From Vicugna vicugna (lineage: Eukaryota), in NCBI GenBank assembly GCA_013265495.1, contig MU058213.1, positions 3,658,001 through 3,722,000 on the forward strand: 64,000 nt of DNA, written 5' to 3'. The position numbers were made by a program, and so were the translations under genes. Shown here in pieces: positions 51,747 through 64,000 of this stretch. Numbering within the stretch: the first letter of the stretch is position 1; each line of letters begins with the position of its first letter. Below the pieces are notes generated by a model. That model had not been told where the DNA came from. It did not search any database and was given only the letters and a program-made list of their open reading frames with translations.

Positions 51747-53024
51747 CTAAAAAAAAAAAGAAAGTTAGGTTAATAAGAATGATACATTTATTAAATAACT
51801 GAAATATTCTCAGACATGGTAATTAGTCATCTGTACTATGCAAGAAATCAGTAAAACTCCTTATTAAGATTAGGCATCATAACCTAACACTGCATTTTTC
51901 ACAAGTAAAATAAAAATCTATTTCCCGTTCATTGTACTAAATTCAGTCCTGAAGCATGCATGATCAGAATATTTTTTGAGTTCACCATTACAGTCACCGT
52001 ATTGTTATGCTGTATCATTATAACATGTTTTGAATAAACAATTAAGTTTTAATGATACATAAAAGTACAGGTTCATTATTACGTACAGAAATAGAACACA
52101 AAGTTTACAATGAGTTATGATTTTTACTGTGTGCTTGTCACTCTGGACAATTTGACTAGCATTTAAAAGCCATAATGTGGTAGTATTATCTGTATTTCTA
52201 GAGACCTGTTACAAAGTAGACTCTCTTTCCTTCCTTTCTTTCTAGCCCTCTCTCATTTACACACCCCCCAACACACCCAAGAAAGGAATCCCTAGACTTA
52301 AAAGTAATAATAAAGATTAGCTAATACGGTAATAAACTGGAGAGGGAGACTACATTTAGAAATAAATAACACAGAAATGCCACTCTGTATCACTTTAACT
52401 GAACTACTGAATGTAATTGAATTATTAACATAAAACACAAATAAACCTGGCACAAAATAATTGAACTGTCATTTGGATTTTAACATAAAGTGCAAATGCA
52501 ATGAAATCATGCAAAGTTCAGACAGTTTATGTACAATCCTTAAAAGATGTTACAAACCAAATTATCTTCCATAAAAGGTTCTAGAGCCAAGTAAATGGAA
52601 AGGAAGAAAAAAGTGGTTATTTTCTTTTGTATATAGCTATACAGTTAGTCTGTAGAGTAAAGGAAAATCAATATTTAAATCTCAATTCAGTTAATACAAT
52701 CAATAATCTAAAACTATACCTGTACTTAGATATCAAATTTCATTTTTGAACAAAGAACAAAGTATGACTGGATTAAGTTCAATTGCAAAGTTCAGAATGA
52801 CTAAAAGGAAAAGTAAATGATACTTCTAGGTAAGAGGAACTGAAATTCCCTTCTCATAATCCCATAGAAGATTTTTAGAGATTTTAAATCTTTTGAGCAT
52901 TTGTATAGCTTCTCACTCATTAGCAGCTAAGTGTGATGTTTTTCTCTCTTCTTAGTAACTCCCATAGTTTCCCTGAGATAAGAGGGTAATCTATAGATTA
53001 AGAATTGCTGCTCAAAAGTAATAT

Positions 53025-53690
53025 ATCAGGAATCCAATCATTTCTCATCACCTTGGTCTAAGCCATAACCATTTCTTTTCTAAAGTGCTACAGTAACCTT
53101 CTCACTGGTCTCCCTGCTTCTATCTTTCCATCCCCACCACCAACCCTGTGGACTATTCTCAACCAAGTGTCTAGAGTGATACAGACTGATAATAGTTCTT
53201 TGCTCCTCGTCTTTATCATGGCCAACAAAACCCTGCATGACTCGCCCTCTGTTATCTTTCTAATCTCATCCCATACTAGTCTACTCTTCATTCATTTGCC
53301 ACCTGCCACACTGGCCTCCATGCTGCTTCTCAAGGCAGGAGTAAGACCTTGCACTGGCCTCTTCTGTCAGCCTCTAAGATGCTTCTCCCATAATTTACCT
53401 GTTCACTTTCTTCACGATGTGGCTCAATTTTACCTTTTACAGACACTTCTTCCCTGATTGACTTCCTCACGTAAAATACTCTCCCCATCACTCTCTATCC
53501 CTCTTACCCTGCTTTTTGCTTTCCATTATTGTACTTACCAAGAGTCTATTTTTATTAATTTATTTGTTTACTGGCTATCTTCCTTGACTATGATTTAACC
53601 TCCAGGACAGCAGGGTTTGTCTGTTTTGCTCACTGTTCTACTATTATCTAGCATACGTTACATGTTCAATAAAATCTGCTCAATGAATGA
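53025..53690 (+). mobile_element. L2a-like 3' end
   Basis: CTCACTGGTCTCCCTGCTTC...GCCACACTGGCCTCC...CAATAAAATCTGCTCAATGAATGA. Confidence 0.82.
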
Positions 53691-54049
53691 CTGGCAAAAC
53701 ACAAATTCGGTCCTCCATATGAAGAAAACTCTGAAAACCTGGGACCACTTTAGAAAGTGTTTTTAGAGAAATTAATATGAAATTGAAAATGTAATTTTTC
53801 TCAAATCATAGATCTAAATACTCCCCTTCTACCAGAAACTCACTGCTCTACGGGCTTTCTAAAGAGGATGACCAAGTCTTTCTATCACAAACAACTTGGC
53901 AAATCTCTAAAAAGAATATATAAAAGACAACCTTTTAAAGAATTAACTTACAAAGTAAAATTAGAGCACTTCTAAGCTAGATTTAAACCAATCACCTAAT
54001 TTAGTCTATTGATTACTTTTACTTCATACGTAACACAACAGAATATACA

Positions 54050-55910
54050 GAAGACCTTTACGTCCCCTTTATTTCTCTGTCCAGGCTCACATACCTCCCT
54101 ACCTTCCCAAAGACAACCATCATTAATCTGATGTACAACCTTCCCTGCTGATATTTCAATACTTGTATTAGATACACACAGTATCTACAAGCAGCATATA
54201 CTATTGTTTGGTGAAGCTTTTAAATGTTTACATCAATGCCATTACATTGTATATATTCTGCAAATGTCTTTTTTCACTCAACATTGTTTTTGAGATCTTT
54301 CCATGTTGATACACTTAGATAAAGTCCATTTATTTTAACTGCTGAAAATTACTCCACTGAATGACTAGATCAGATTTATCCATCCATTCCTCTATTGACA
54401 GCCAATGATGTACTTTGCTGTTTTTTTCTACAAACAATGCTGCAAAAAAAATCTTTCTATGATTCCTGGTATACACAAGCAAAAAATTTTCAGTTATAAA
54501 TATAGAAGTCTATTTTCTGGGATTCATGGATGCATCTTTTCAGTTTTATTATATATCACAGAATTCCTTTTTCAAGCACTTGTATACATTTATACTTCTC
54601 TCAGCAGTAGATGACAGGCCCTATTTTCCTATTGCCCTGTGCAAAGAAAAAAACCCCAGATATATGTCATATGACCTATATTGATATATGTAATACATAT
54701 ATTAAAAAGTTGCCATTCTAATGAATAAAAAAAAATTAGTTACATCCCAATTACTAGCAGTTGTTGTGTACCTGTTCACCTGTTTTTTCATCATATAGGT
54801 TTTCTCCTCCATAAATTGCTAGTTCTTGTCTTCTGCCCATCTTTAAGTGGAGGTGACTTATTAACTCTTATTAATTTCTTATTTCTTATTAAATTGTAGT
54901 AGTTCTTTATACATTCTGGATACTAATCCTTTGTTACATACACTTAACTTTGTTAATGACATTTTTTAATGATATCTTTCTAAAGCTTAAATTTTTGATT
55001 TAGTCAAATTTATTAATTTTTCCTTTATGATTTGTGTTTGTTATAAGAAATCTGATCTAGCTAATAAGGTTTTAAAGATATTCTGTATTTCATCCTAGAA
55101 TTTTTGAAGTTAATTTTTTGATCTTTATTCTAATCAGAATTTATTCTTATTTGGCATTTTATATAAATATATACATATGTGTGTGTGTGTATGTATGTAT
55201 GTGTGTGTATATACATATATATTTCCCCTCCCTCATCTGGCAAGCCAACTGTTCCTCATTCTGTTATGCCAACTTTACATAGATGCTTGAATCTCTTTCT
55301 ACCTTTTCCTCAGTTTTATAATTAATCTACTTGTCTGTATCTGAGCCAACACCAAGTCTGAATTTGGATGACACTCCTTGACTATCTGCAGAACAGCCTT
55401 CATAATTCTTCGATCTTTAATTTCCAGGCGAGTTTTTCATTTTTCCAATATTACAGAATTCCTAAGATTTTTACTGAACTGTAGTAATGTTTACAGATTG
55501 AACTGGGGGAGTGATAATTTGAATTTATTCTTGTCTGTCCTTAAAATGTCATGTAATTTTCTCTGTGTCTGTTGTTAGAGTTCTAGGTAGCTTGTAGATG
55601 GTATCATAACCTATATGTTTTTCTTCTTAATATATTTTCTAATTGGTTTTTGCTAAAGTACATGCTAATGTGCAGAAAAACTACTGGTTTTCTACACTAA
55701 TATGCAGCAGCCTTCCTGTACTCTTACTGGTTCTAATAGTATGTAAATTCTCTTGTAGATAGTAATTTCACTTATAATTAATTAAAATATTTTTCTTCCT
55801 TTCCATTCTTTTATGTCTCTTCCCCCTGCCCTTCTTATCTAATCACTGTGGGCAAATCTCTAATGTAATGGTGAAGATTAGCTGTGATAGCAGACATCCT
55901 TGTTCTGTTT
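54050..55910 (-). mobile_element. Old L1 (L1ME-like) 3' region
   Basis: TTTTTCACTCAACATTGTTTTTGAGAT, TTCTTTATACATTCTGGATACTAATCCTTTG, GACATCCTTGTTCTGTT. Confidence 0.78.
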
Positions 55911-56912
55911 CCAAAATTTACTATGAGGTACTGTAATTTTCCATTTAGTGGATGTTTTATAATTTCCTAAAATATTTCTTGAATATTGGATGTTTGATTG
56001 ACTTAACTTTAAAATAATGCTTCAATATTGTAACATTCTGCTTTGAATAGTTAAACTTTCCAACACATAACAACTATATACTATGGACAAAATATAAAAC
56101 AAACGTTAATGTAAAACAGAATGACCAAAAGCAGGTAGCAACTGGAGAGAACTCATCCTAAAAGAAGGACCTACACTGGGTAGGATTTGTATTTATAAGG
56201 CTGTTGCCTGAGGGCACTTATCTGCCCACACAGGAATAATCACTCAGGACTGATGCAGAAATCTGCCTCTTGTCTGCTGAGAAATCAGAGGACAAAGTCT
56301 GGGGCTTCCAGAGCCACTGCAAAATGAAAGATGAATCCCAGAAATGGGGCCACAAAACTCCTGTAAAAAAATATGCCCAAATATTTGGATGACCTTCATT
56401 TGGGGAAAACTTCAAGGTTATCAGTAAAAAGCAACAGCTGAAAGGTGTAAGGGTATGAGCTGAGACTTCTGTTGCTATCGAACAGATCATGCTGGCATTA
56501 GAATCCAGCCTTGTTCACTGTCTACCTGGACAAAAAAACAAAACAAAACAGAACAAAAAAAACACTCATCAGAGAACAATAACAGAATCCAAAGTCTACA
56601 AGGTATCACACACAGTACCCATTACATAAGCAAAATTTATCAGAAGGAGAAAGGAAAAAGAGACCAAAAGTCAAGGAAAAAAGCCGCTCATAGAAACCAA
56701 ATTCCGAATGACCAAAACGTCAGAATTAGCAGACAAGGACTTCCAACAAGTATTGTAAATTTATTCAAGTATTTAAAGGAAAATATGGTCATAAAAATGT
56801 ACACAAGAAGGGAATCTCAGCTGAGAAACGGAACCAAATGGAAGACCCAAATGGAAACTCTCAAACTAACAAGGACAATATCTGAAGTGAAAAATTCATT
56901 GGATTACCTTAA

Positions 56913-56995
56913 CACATTGATTGTCACGTCACCCAAATGTGGGTGACAAGTGTGTTTCCTCAGAGGCACCCAATCCACAGTGGGCAATCAACATG
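56913..56995. mobile_element. 83 bp piggyBac-type MITE with TTAA target duplication
   Basis: TTAA|CACATTGATTGTC...GGCAATCAACATG|TTAA. TIRs match 10/13; the element interrupts L1 ORF1. Confidence 0.75.
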
Positions 56996-57454
56996 TTAAA
57001 GGAGATTAGATATAGCAGAAACAGGGTCACTAAAATGGTAAATAAATCAATACATCTTACTGATTCTAAAGGAAAAAGAAAAAGGTTTTCAAAATAATAA
57101 ACAGCTTCAGAGATGCATAGTACAATATCAAGTGATCTACCTAGATACAATTGGAGGAGATAATAAGACAGAAAAATATCTGATAATGGCCAAAATCTCC
57201 CCCAATTTTGTGAAAAACACAAACTTACATATCCAAGAAGCTGAGCAAATTTTAGGCAAGAGAATTAAAAAGAAAATCACACAGAGACACATAATAGTCC
57301 GATGAAAACACAAAGATGAAAAGCAAATCTTAAAGGCAGCCAGGGTAAAGTAACATTATATATAGTAAAAAAGTGGTATGAATGATAGCTGACTTCTATA
57401 TAGTCAACGGATCTACAACACGAGTCTCAAAGCAATTCAAAAGATAAAGGAAAA

Positions 57455-57596
57455 GGAGGGAGGTTATAGCTCAAGCAGTAGAGTGCATGTTTAGCAGGCA
57501 TGAGGTCCTGGGTTCAGTCACCAATACCTCCACTAAAAATAAATAAACCTAATCCCTCCATGTTGCCAAAAAATAAAATAAAAACAATACAGTAGT
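57455..57596 (+). mobile_element. tRNA-derived SINE of the camelid Vic-1 type
   Basis: GGAGGGAGGTTATAGCTCAAGCAGTAGAG (A box)...GTCCTGGGTTCAGTCACC (B box)...AAATAAATAAACCTAAT, then an A-rich tail. Perfect 16 bp TSD AAAAGATAAAGGAAAA (57439-57454, 57597-57612). Confidence 0.88.
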
Positions 57597-57635
57597 AAAA
57601 GATAAAGGAAAATTCTTTTAACAAAGGTTGATGGA

Positions 57636-57638
<3 letters not shown>

Positions 57639-57670
<32 letters not shown>
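57639..57670. repeat. (TA)16 microsatellite
   Basis: Read directly. Confidence 0.97.
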
Positions 57671-57675
<5 letters not shown>

Positions 57676-58714
57676 CTGAACATACCTCACTCTATAGAAA
57701 AATTTGAGTTGAATCATAAAATTAGCCACAAAAGTTCAAATTACAAAGTGTCTAGGAGAAATTACAGGAGAACATCATGATCTGAAAATATACAAAGATG
57801 TCTTAGGATACAGAAGTAATAACCATTAAAAAATTATACTTCATCAAAATGAAAATCAACTTCTGCTCTCCAAAAGACATTAAAAAACAAACTACCAACC
57901 AAAAGAAAATATTTGCAAAACATGTATCTGATGAAAGACTCATGCTCAGAATATACAATGAATTCCTCAAATTCAGTAATAAAGACAGATAACCCAATTA
58001 ATAAGTGAGAAAGCAACTAGAATATAGTTCACAAAGAAAGGATATACAAATGTCCAATAAGCAAATGAAAAGATACTCAATATCATTAGTCACCAAGGAA
58101 ATGCAAATTAAAATCACAATGAAATACTAATATATTCACAAGGATGGCTAAAATTAGAAACACTGAAAACAGCAGAAGTTGGCAAAGATTTGGAGAAATC
58201 ACAGCTGTCATTTCTGGTGGAAATATAAAAAGTAAACCCACTTTGGAAAAAGTTAGTAGTTAAATATGAACATATTCTATAACACAGCAATTCTATATCT
58301 AGGTATTTACCCTAAAGAAATAAATATGTGTGTCCACAAAACAGACTTGTACAAGAATGTTCACAGAATCTTTAGTCAAAATGGGCCCAAACTGGAAACA
58401 ATCCTGGTGGCAGTCAGTATAAGAATGGATAAACAATGTGGTATATTATGGAATGGAATACTACTCAGCAATAAAAACAGTAACAACAACTTCTGACACA
58501 TGGAAGAACACAGATGAATCTAATGGACATTACACTGAGCCAAAGACACTACCCAGAAAAGTTTATTCCATTTATATGACATTCTAGAATAGGCAAAATT
58601 AGTCCAAGGTGAAAGAAAAATCAGCAAAAGTGTCTGTCTTGGGATGGGGGTGGAAGGCTGACTGGGAAGGAACATGTATGGACTCTGTAATATACTGATC
58701 CATTTCCTCTTTTT

Positions 58715-59002
58715 GGGAAAGGCGGACTGTGGGAGTGCTTCCAGCAGAAAGTCCTCAGTTGTCACTCCCCTATGGGGACAGCTATGCTGAAGAAAACTGC
58801 ACCCCCCAAGGACACATCTCCTTCCAGGGACAGTCCACATCCAGAGGCTGACCAACATGGGGGCAACCAAGGCCCAGCTCTTTGTCCCAAATTGAGAAAA
58901 CCCTGATAGGTCATTCCAGCTTCAGAACTCTCTGCAATAGCTTAACACTCTGCTTCCTAACAATTCCTTCATAGATATGAGTCTCAAGAGCATTCCCTAA
59001 TA
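58715..59002 (+). mobile_element. LTR16A-like ERVL LTR
   Basis: CCCAAGGACACA...CAGTCCACATCCA...GTCATTCCAGCTTCAGAACTC...AGAGCATTCCCTAATAA. Confidence 0.7.
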
Positions 59003-59100
59003 AGGTGATTCTTAAAGTATGACTCTTGGACTAGCAACACCTGGGAATAGTTAGAAATGCACATCTGTAGGTCTCACTCTAGACCTAGTGAATCAGAAAG
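59003..59100. mobile_element. MER5A fragment
   Basis: CACCTGGGAATAGTTAGAAATGCA...AGACCTAGTGAATCAGAAA. Confidence 0.65.
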
Positions 59101-59339
59101 CAGAAGCCCCATCTATCTGCAAAGACCTTTGTATCAGCTTTTTGTGCCTTACTCTTAAAGATACTCAGACTGGTATACAATTGGGGAAAATCTCTGGTAT
59201 GGAAGACATCATTTCCCTTAAAAGGGGGGCAGGAAATCCCCACTTGGAAGAAATAAGACCATGAAAGAAGGAAAAAAAATTAATCCTTACAAAGGTTAAA
59301 AAAAAAAGTGGTGTCTTAGAAATCAAAGTTATTGGGCTA

Positions 59340-59545
59340 AATTTCTTCTGTTTGTCCTACCAGATCCACTTCCCACCCTTTGCAAAAGGAGGCTGGCCTT
59401 TGTGCATTGTATCTATATGGCTTCCTTCCCCTGTGGTTTCCAGTAGACTGATATGAGTTGCTAGAAGGAGTTAAGAGAGTAAAAGAGACAGGAGATGTTT
59501 AATCCACTTGGCTTTCCCCTCTAATAGGCAATAAGTTAGTGGCTG
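59340..59545. mobile_element. LTR33-like ERVL LTR fragment
   Basis: CCAGATCCACTTCCCACCCT...GGAGGCTGGCCT...CTTCCCCTGTGGTTTCCAG. Confidence 0.5.
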
Positions 59546-61317
59546 AGGTACTGTGGGTCTTAGCATCTAACACCTGTTGACTCAAACTATTAGCATAGAA
59601 CTTCAATCAAAAACGAAAATTAAATATATAAAATTTAAATGAAAAGTCTCAAAGCTATCAAATAAGAAATGAGATTATCTATTGATATATTTGGAATTAA
59701 CATAATTTTTTCACTGTTTTCGACTACTTAAGTTTAAGAAAACTTCTTCAGCAGCAGGAAAAATATGCAAAAAATATAGTCATCATTCGATAATGAACCA
59801 CTGATGCACATTTGAGCCTATACTTTTAAAAAGATAGATAATATTTGACTTTTTAATATTTCATTGTTCATGTTATTAATTTTAGTTTTAAATAAAACTA
59901 TTTTGTTGATTTTACCTGCAAATAACTTATGTTCAAATGATAATGTATATTTAAAATATTTTTGTAAATTCTCTGACATCTTCTAAATTGTTGATAATAG
60001 ATTATACTTGATATGCATTAAACTTTTGGTCTCATTGGTTTTTTCCAAAAAATATTACTTCTGTAAACATTTTAATAGCATTTTGGTATTAGACTTAAAT
60101 AAAATATCAAGGCCATAATTTTGCTGTGTTATCATAACTACTGAATTTATGAAGCATGCTAATCATGAATCTTCTAAATCTTTTCATTCAAGCTTTGTAT
60201 ATCAAGTCAGATCACCAAAATATTCTAAAGTAAAGCTTAATAAATGACCAATGGAGTATGAAAAAGGGGAAAACACACCGGCAAGGAGAGCATATAAAAA
60301 TTTAAGGGAGAGAGATACAGTTTGAGAAAGCATATTTGTTTTCCCTAAATCAAACTACAGGCAGAAGATGGGGAAAACTTTTTTACCCCTAGGACTACAC
60401 AAAAGAGACAGTAAATTTAGGAAGTATGTGTTAAAAAAAACAAAAACAAATGAACTTAATCTAAGTGTACTTTACCTCACAGAAATACTTCACAAAAATA
60501 CCCTGTAATATTTCCCTTTCTTTAGACTTAGATATGATACAATAAATAAATTAACAGTCATGGGCCAAACATACATATTATATAGTACATGGTAAGTAAC
60601 AGAATGCCTGAAAGAACACTTAGAGACTTTGCTTGCTAGAAACATTTCAGAACCTGTTTCCCCAGTTTCAACAAATTGTTTATAAACTGTTTAATGCAGG
60701 TAATATTATTCTAAAACTCCCACTCATCTCTTCCAACACCAGTTTGGTCTCTATACAAAAGTTCAATGCTATTTCTACATTTGGAGTCCTCAAATCTGAA
60801 TTCAGAGTGATTCACAATTCCTATATACTTGATTCAAAATTCTCGTGCTACAGAAATAGAGAGCTGTGAATACTAGATACTAGACTTCACTTACAGAAAA
60901 TCTGAGGTAAAAGTGGAGGTACAGTGTAATGTATTAACAGTAACAAGCTTTTGCATTCTAGTCCTGCCAAGACAAATCAAGCTCCTAGCTTCTTCTCTTG
61001 TAAAAGTAATTCTGTTAAAATATATTAAGACTTTAGATTCTTTGTTTGGATTATGACTTAGCTCACAATCCATCATATAAAACATATATTTACACCTTAC
61101 ACTTGTCCATAATGAATATTTACTTTTGCTTTGCTCAAATGAGAACAAACAAAATTTTACGTTTTAAAAAACAACCATAGTAACAGTGGCTAATTCTATA
61201 GAGGTTAAGGTATAGCCAGAAAAATATAAAAAAGAAAACAGAAACTACCCTGAATCCCACTATCTAGACATTTTGATTCATTTACTTAGTATGCTGTCTT
61301 AAATATAAATGGAATCT

Positions 61318-61645
61318 GTTGGTGAGGATGTGGAGAAATTGTAATCATTATACATTGCTGGTGGGAGTGATGTGGTATAACTATTGTGGAAAACTTTGGC
61401 ATTTCCTCAAACAGTTAAACACAGAATTACCATATATACAATCCAGCAATTCAAATCCCAGGTATATACCCAACGGAATGAAAACAGGCATTCCAACAAA
61501 CACCTGTATATAAATATTCATAGAAGCACTATTCACAAAAACCAAAAAGTCCATCAGTAGATGAATGGATAAACAAAACGCATTAGAGTCACACAGTGGA
61601 ATATTATTTAGCCACAAAAAAGAATGAAGTACTGACACACACTAA
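61318..61645 (+). mobile_element. L1MB-like fragment
   Basis: GTTGGTGAGGATGTGGAGAAAT...TTAAACACAGAATTACCATAT...AAAAAGAATGAAGTACTGA. Confidence 0.85.
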
Positions 61646-61647
61646 AC

Positions 61648-63718
61648 TTGTTGCAGGGCACCATGGACTGTATCTATATAAGTCGGCAAACTTAATAAAA
61701 CGTGTGTGTTTTGATGGCTCCGCTGACCAGCCAATCCCCCATCTCTCTTTCTTCTCAGGACTCCCTATTCCTTAAGACATAGTAATGAAATTAGGCCACT
61801 TAATAATCCTACAATGGCCTATAAATGCTCAAATGAAAGAGTCCCACATCCTTCACTTAAAATCAAGAGCTAGAAACAATTAATCTAAGTAAGAAAGAAG
61901 CAAGGCCTCTTGTGCCTAACAGCCAAGTTGTGAATGCAAAGGAAAGTTCTGGAAGGAAATTAAAAATGCTACTCCAGTGAATACATGAATGAAAAGAAAG
62001 CAAAACAGCCTTATTGCTGATATGGAGAAAGTTTTATTTGTCTGGAAAGACGATCAAACTAGTCACAACATTCTTTTTAGCCAAAGCCTTATCCAGAGCA
62101 AGGCTGGTAAGCTCTTCAATTCTATGAAGGCTGAGAGCGGTGAGGAAGCTGCAGAAGAAAAGTTTAAAGCTAACAGAGGATGGTTCATGAGGTATAAGGA
62201 AAGAAGGCTTCTCCATAACATATAAGTGCAAACGCAGCAAGCACCAACTACAGAAACTGCAGCAAGCTTATCCAGAAGATCTAGCTAAGATCATTAATGA
62301 AAGTGGCTACACTAAACAATAGATTTTCAAGAGGAAACAACCTTATATTGGAAGAAGATGTCATCTAGGATTTTTATAAGTAGACAGGAGAGGTCAAACC
62401 TGGCTTGAAAGCTTCAAAGGACTAGCTGATTGTCTCATTAGGAGTTAATGCAGCTGGTGACTTTTAAGTTGAAGCCAATGCTCAATTTACCATTATGAAA
62501 ACCCAATGTCCCTTAAGAATTATGCTAAATCTACTCTGCCTGTGCTCTAAAAATGGGACAACAATGCCTGGGTGGCAGCACATCTATTTACAACAAGGTT
62601 TACTGAATATCTCATACCCCCTATTGAGAGCTATCGCTCCAAAAAAAAAAAAATTCCTTTCAAAATATTACTGCTCATTAACAAAGCACTTGGTCACCCA
62701 AGAGCTCTGATGGAGATGCACAGGATTCATGTTGTTTTCATGCCTGATGACACAGTAACCCTTTTACAGCCCATGGATCAAGGAGTCATTTTGACTTTCA
62801 TGTCTTATTCTTTAAGAGATACATTTCATAAGGCTATAGCTGCCATAGAAAGTGATTCCTCTGACAAATCTGGGCAAAGTAAATTGAAAACCTTCTGGGA
62901 AAGATTCACCATTCTAGATACCATTCATCATTTGAGTTTGGAAGAAGGTGATTCCAACCCTCATGGAAGACTTCAAGGGGTTCAAGACTTTAGTGGAGGA
63001 AGTAACTACAAATGCAGTGGAAACAGCAAGAAAACTAGAATGAGAAGTGGAGCCTGAAGATGCGACTGAGCATCTGCAATTCCATGAGAAAACTTGAAGA
63101 GATGAGGAGCAGCTTCTTACGGATGAGCAAAGAGTGGTTTTGTGAGATGGAATCTATTTCTGGTGAAGATGTTGTGAAGACTGTTGAAATAACAGCAAAG
63201 AGTTTAGAATATTACCTAAACTTAGTTGATAAAGGAGTGGAAGGGTTTGAGAGGACAGACTTCAATTCTGAAAAAAAGTTCTACTATGGGTAAAATGCTA
63301 TCAAACAGCATTGCATACTACAGAGAAATCATTCATAAAAGGAAAAGTCAATTGATGTGGCTAACTTCATTGTTTTATTTTAAGAAATTGCCACAGCTAC
63401 CTCAACCTTTAGCAACCACCACCCTGATCAGTCAGCAGCCATCAACATCAAGACAAGACCTTCCACCAGTGGAACAATTATGACTCACTGTAAACTTTGG
63501 TGATGCTTCACATTTTTTAGCAATAAATTATTTTTTAGTTAAGGTATGTACATTTTTTAAGACATAATGCCATTGCACTTAATGCAGTACACTACATTAT
63601 AAATACAACTTTTATATGCAATAGGGAAGCAAAAATTCATGTGACTCACTTTATTATGATACTCGCTTTATTGCCATGGTCTGGAAAAGAATTTGCAGTT
63701 ATCTCCAAGATATGCCTG
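61648..63718 (+). mobile_element. Tigger1 DNA transposon lacking its left end, with a disrupted pogo-type transposase (ATG at 61814)
   Basis: ORF pieces [28 protein letters not shown] (CENP-B HTH) and [14 protein letters not shown]...[13 protein letters not shown] (DDE domain). Frameshifts and stops; right TIR ...GATATGCCTG. Confidence 0.95.
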
Positions 63719-64000
63719 CCTTATAAATGCTTGTTAATTATATTATAAAACTCATTTTGTTGGTCTGAACGTTAAAACTAATTTCAACCAGAAGAATTAA
63801 ATCTATCACCACTCTATAACTTTTGTGTATAATTTAATTACTGATCATATTATTAAAATTAACTTTTCAACTTCTTAGTGACATTACTTCATTCACTGAG
63901 TTAATATTTTTTCTTATTATTTTTTAAGTCATCAAGTTGCAAGAATAGGAAAGTTATAAAGGATAAGAACACTCATGTACCTGCAAGTCAGTGTAAACAA

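Larger units (their letters stand above)
56040..58700 (+). mobile_element. L1MC/MD-like element: 5' region and ORF1, large internal deletion, ORF2 end and 3'UTR
   Basis: CAGAATTAGCAGACAAGGACTT and ACATATCCAAGAAGCTGAGCAA (ORF1); GGAAATGCAAATTAAAATCACAATGA (ORF2 end). Confidence 0.85.

Noticed and set aside
57455..57530. tRNA gene
   Set aside because: A and B boxes are present, but the tail, A-rich end and 16 bp TSD show it is a SINE.
61814..63483. Transposase ORFs as a domesticated TIGD1-like gene
   Set aside because: Split over several frames with stops and deletions, and still attached to a TIR; an ordinary Tigger1 fossil.

Overview
AT-rich mammalian genomic DNA, most likely camelid: it carries one Vic-1-type tRNA-derived SINE, and I saw no Alu, Bov-tA/BovB or PRE SINEs. 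The whole window lies inside the transcription-factor gene RFX7 on the minus strand. Three GT-AG coding exons (51746-51713, 26698-26616, 25201-25079) splice in frame to (C)[80 protein letters not shown]. The flanking exons were not found and appear to lie outside the window. The rest is intron filled with L1, L2, MIR, MaLR/ERVL LTRs and Tigger/hAT DNA-transposon fossils. None of the supplied ORFs is a cellular gene. I found no convincing new multi-gene system. The best second-look items are: a ~660 bp TSD-flanked, poly(A)-tailed retroposed non-TE segment nested in a Tigger1 MITE inside a MIR; a perfect 20/20 p53 response element; an 83 bp TTAA-flanked piggyBac-type MITE; two hAT MITEs stacked on one target site; and an exact 392 bp duplication that looks like an assembly artefact. 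Repeat family names come from remembered consensus sequences, not a database search, and boundaries of old repeats are approximate.
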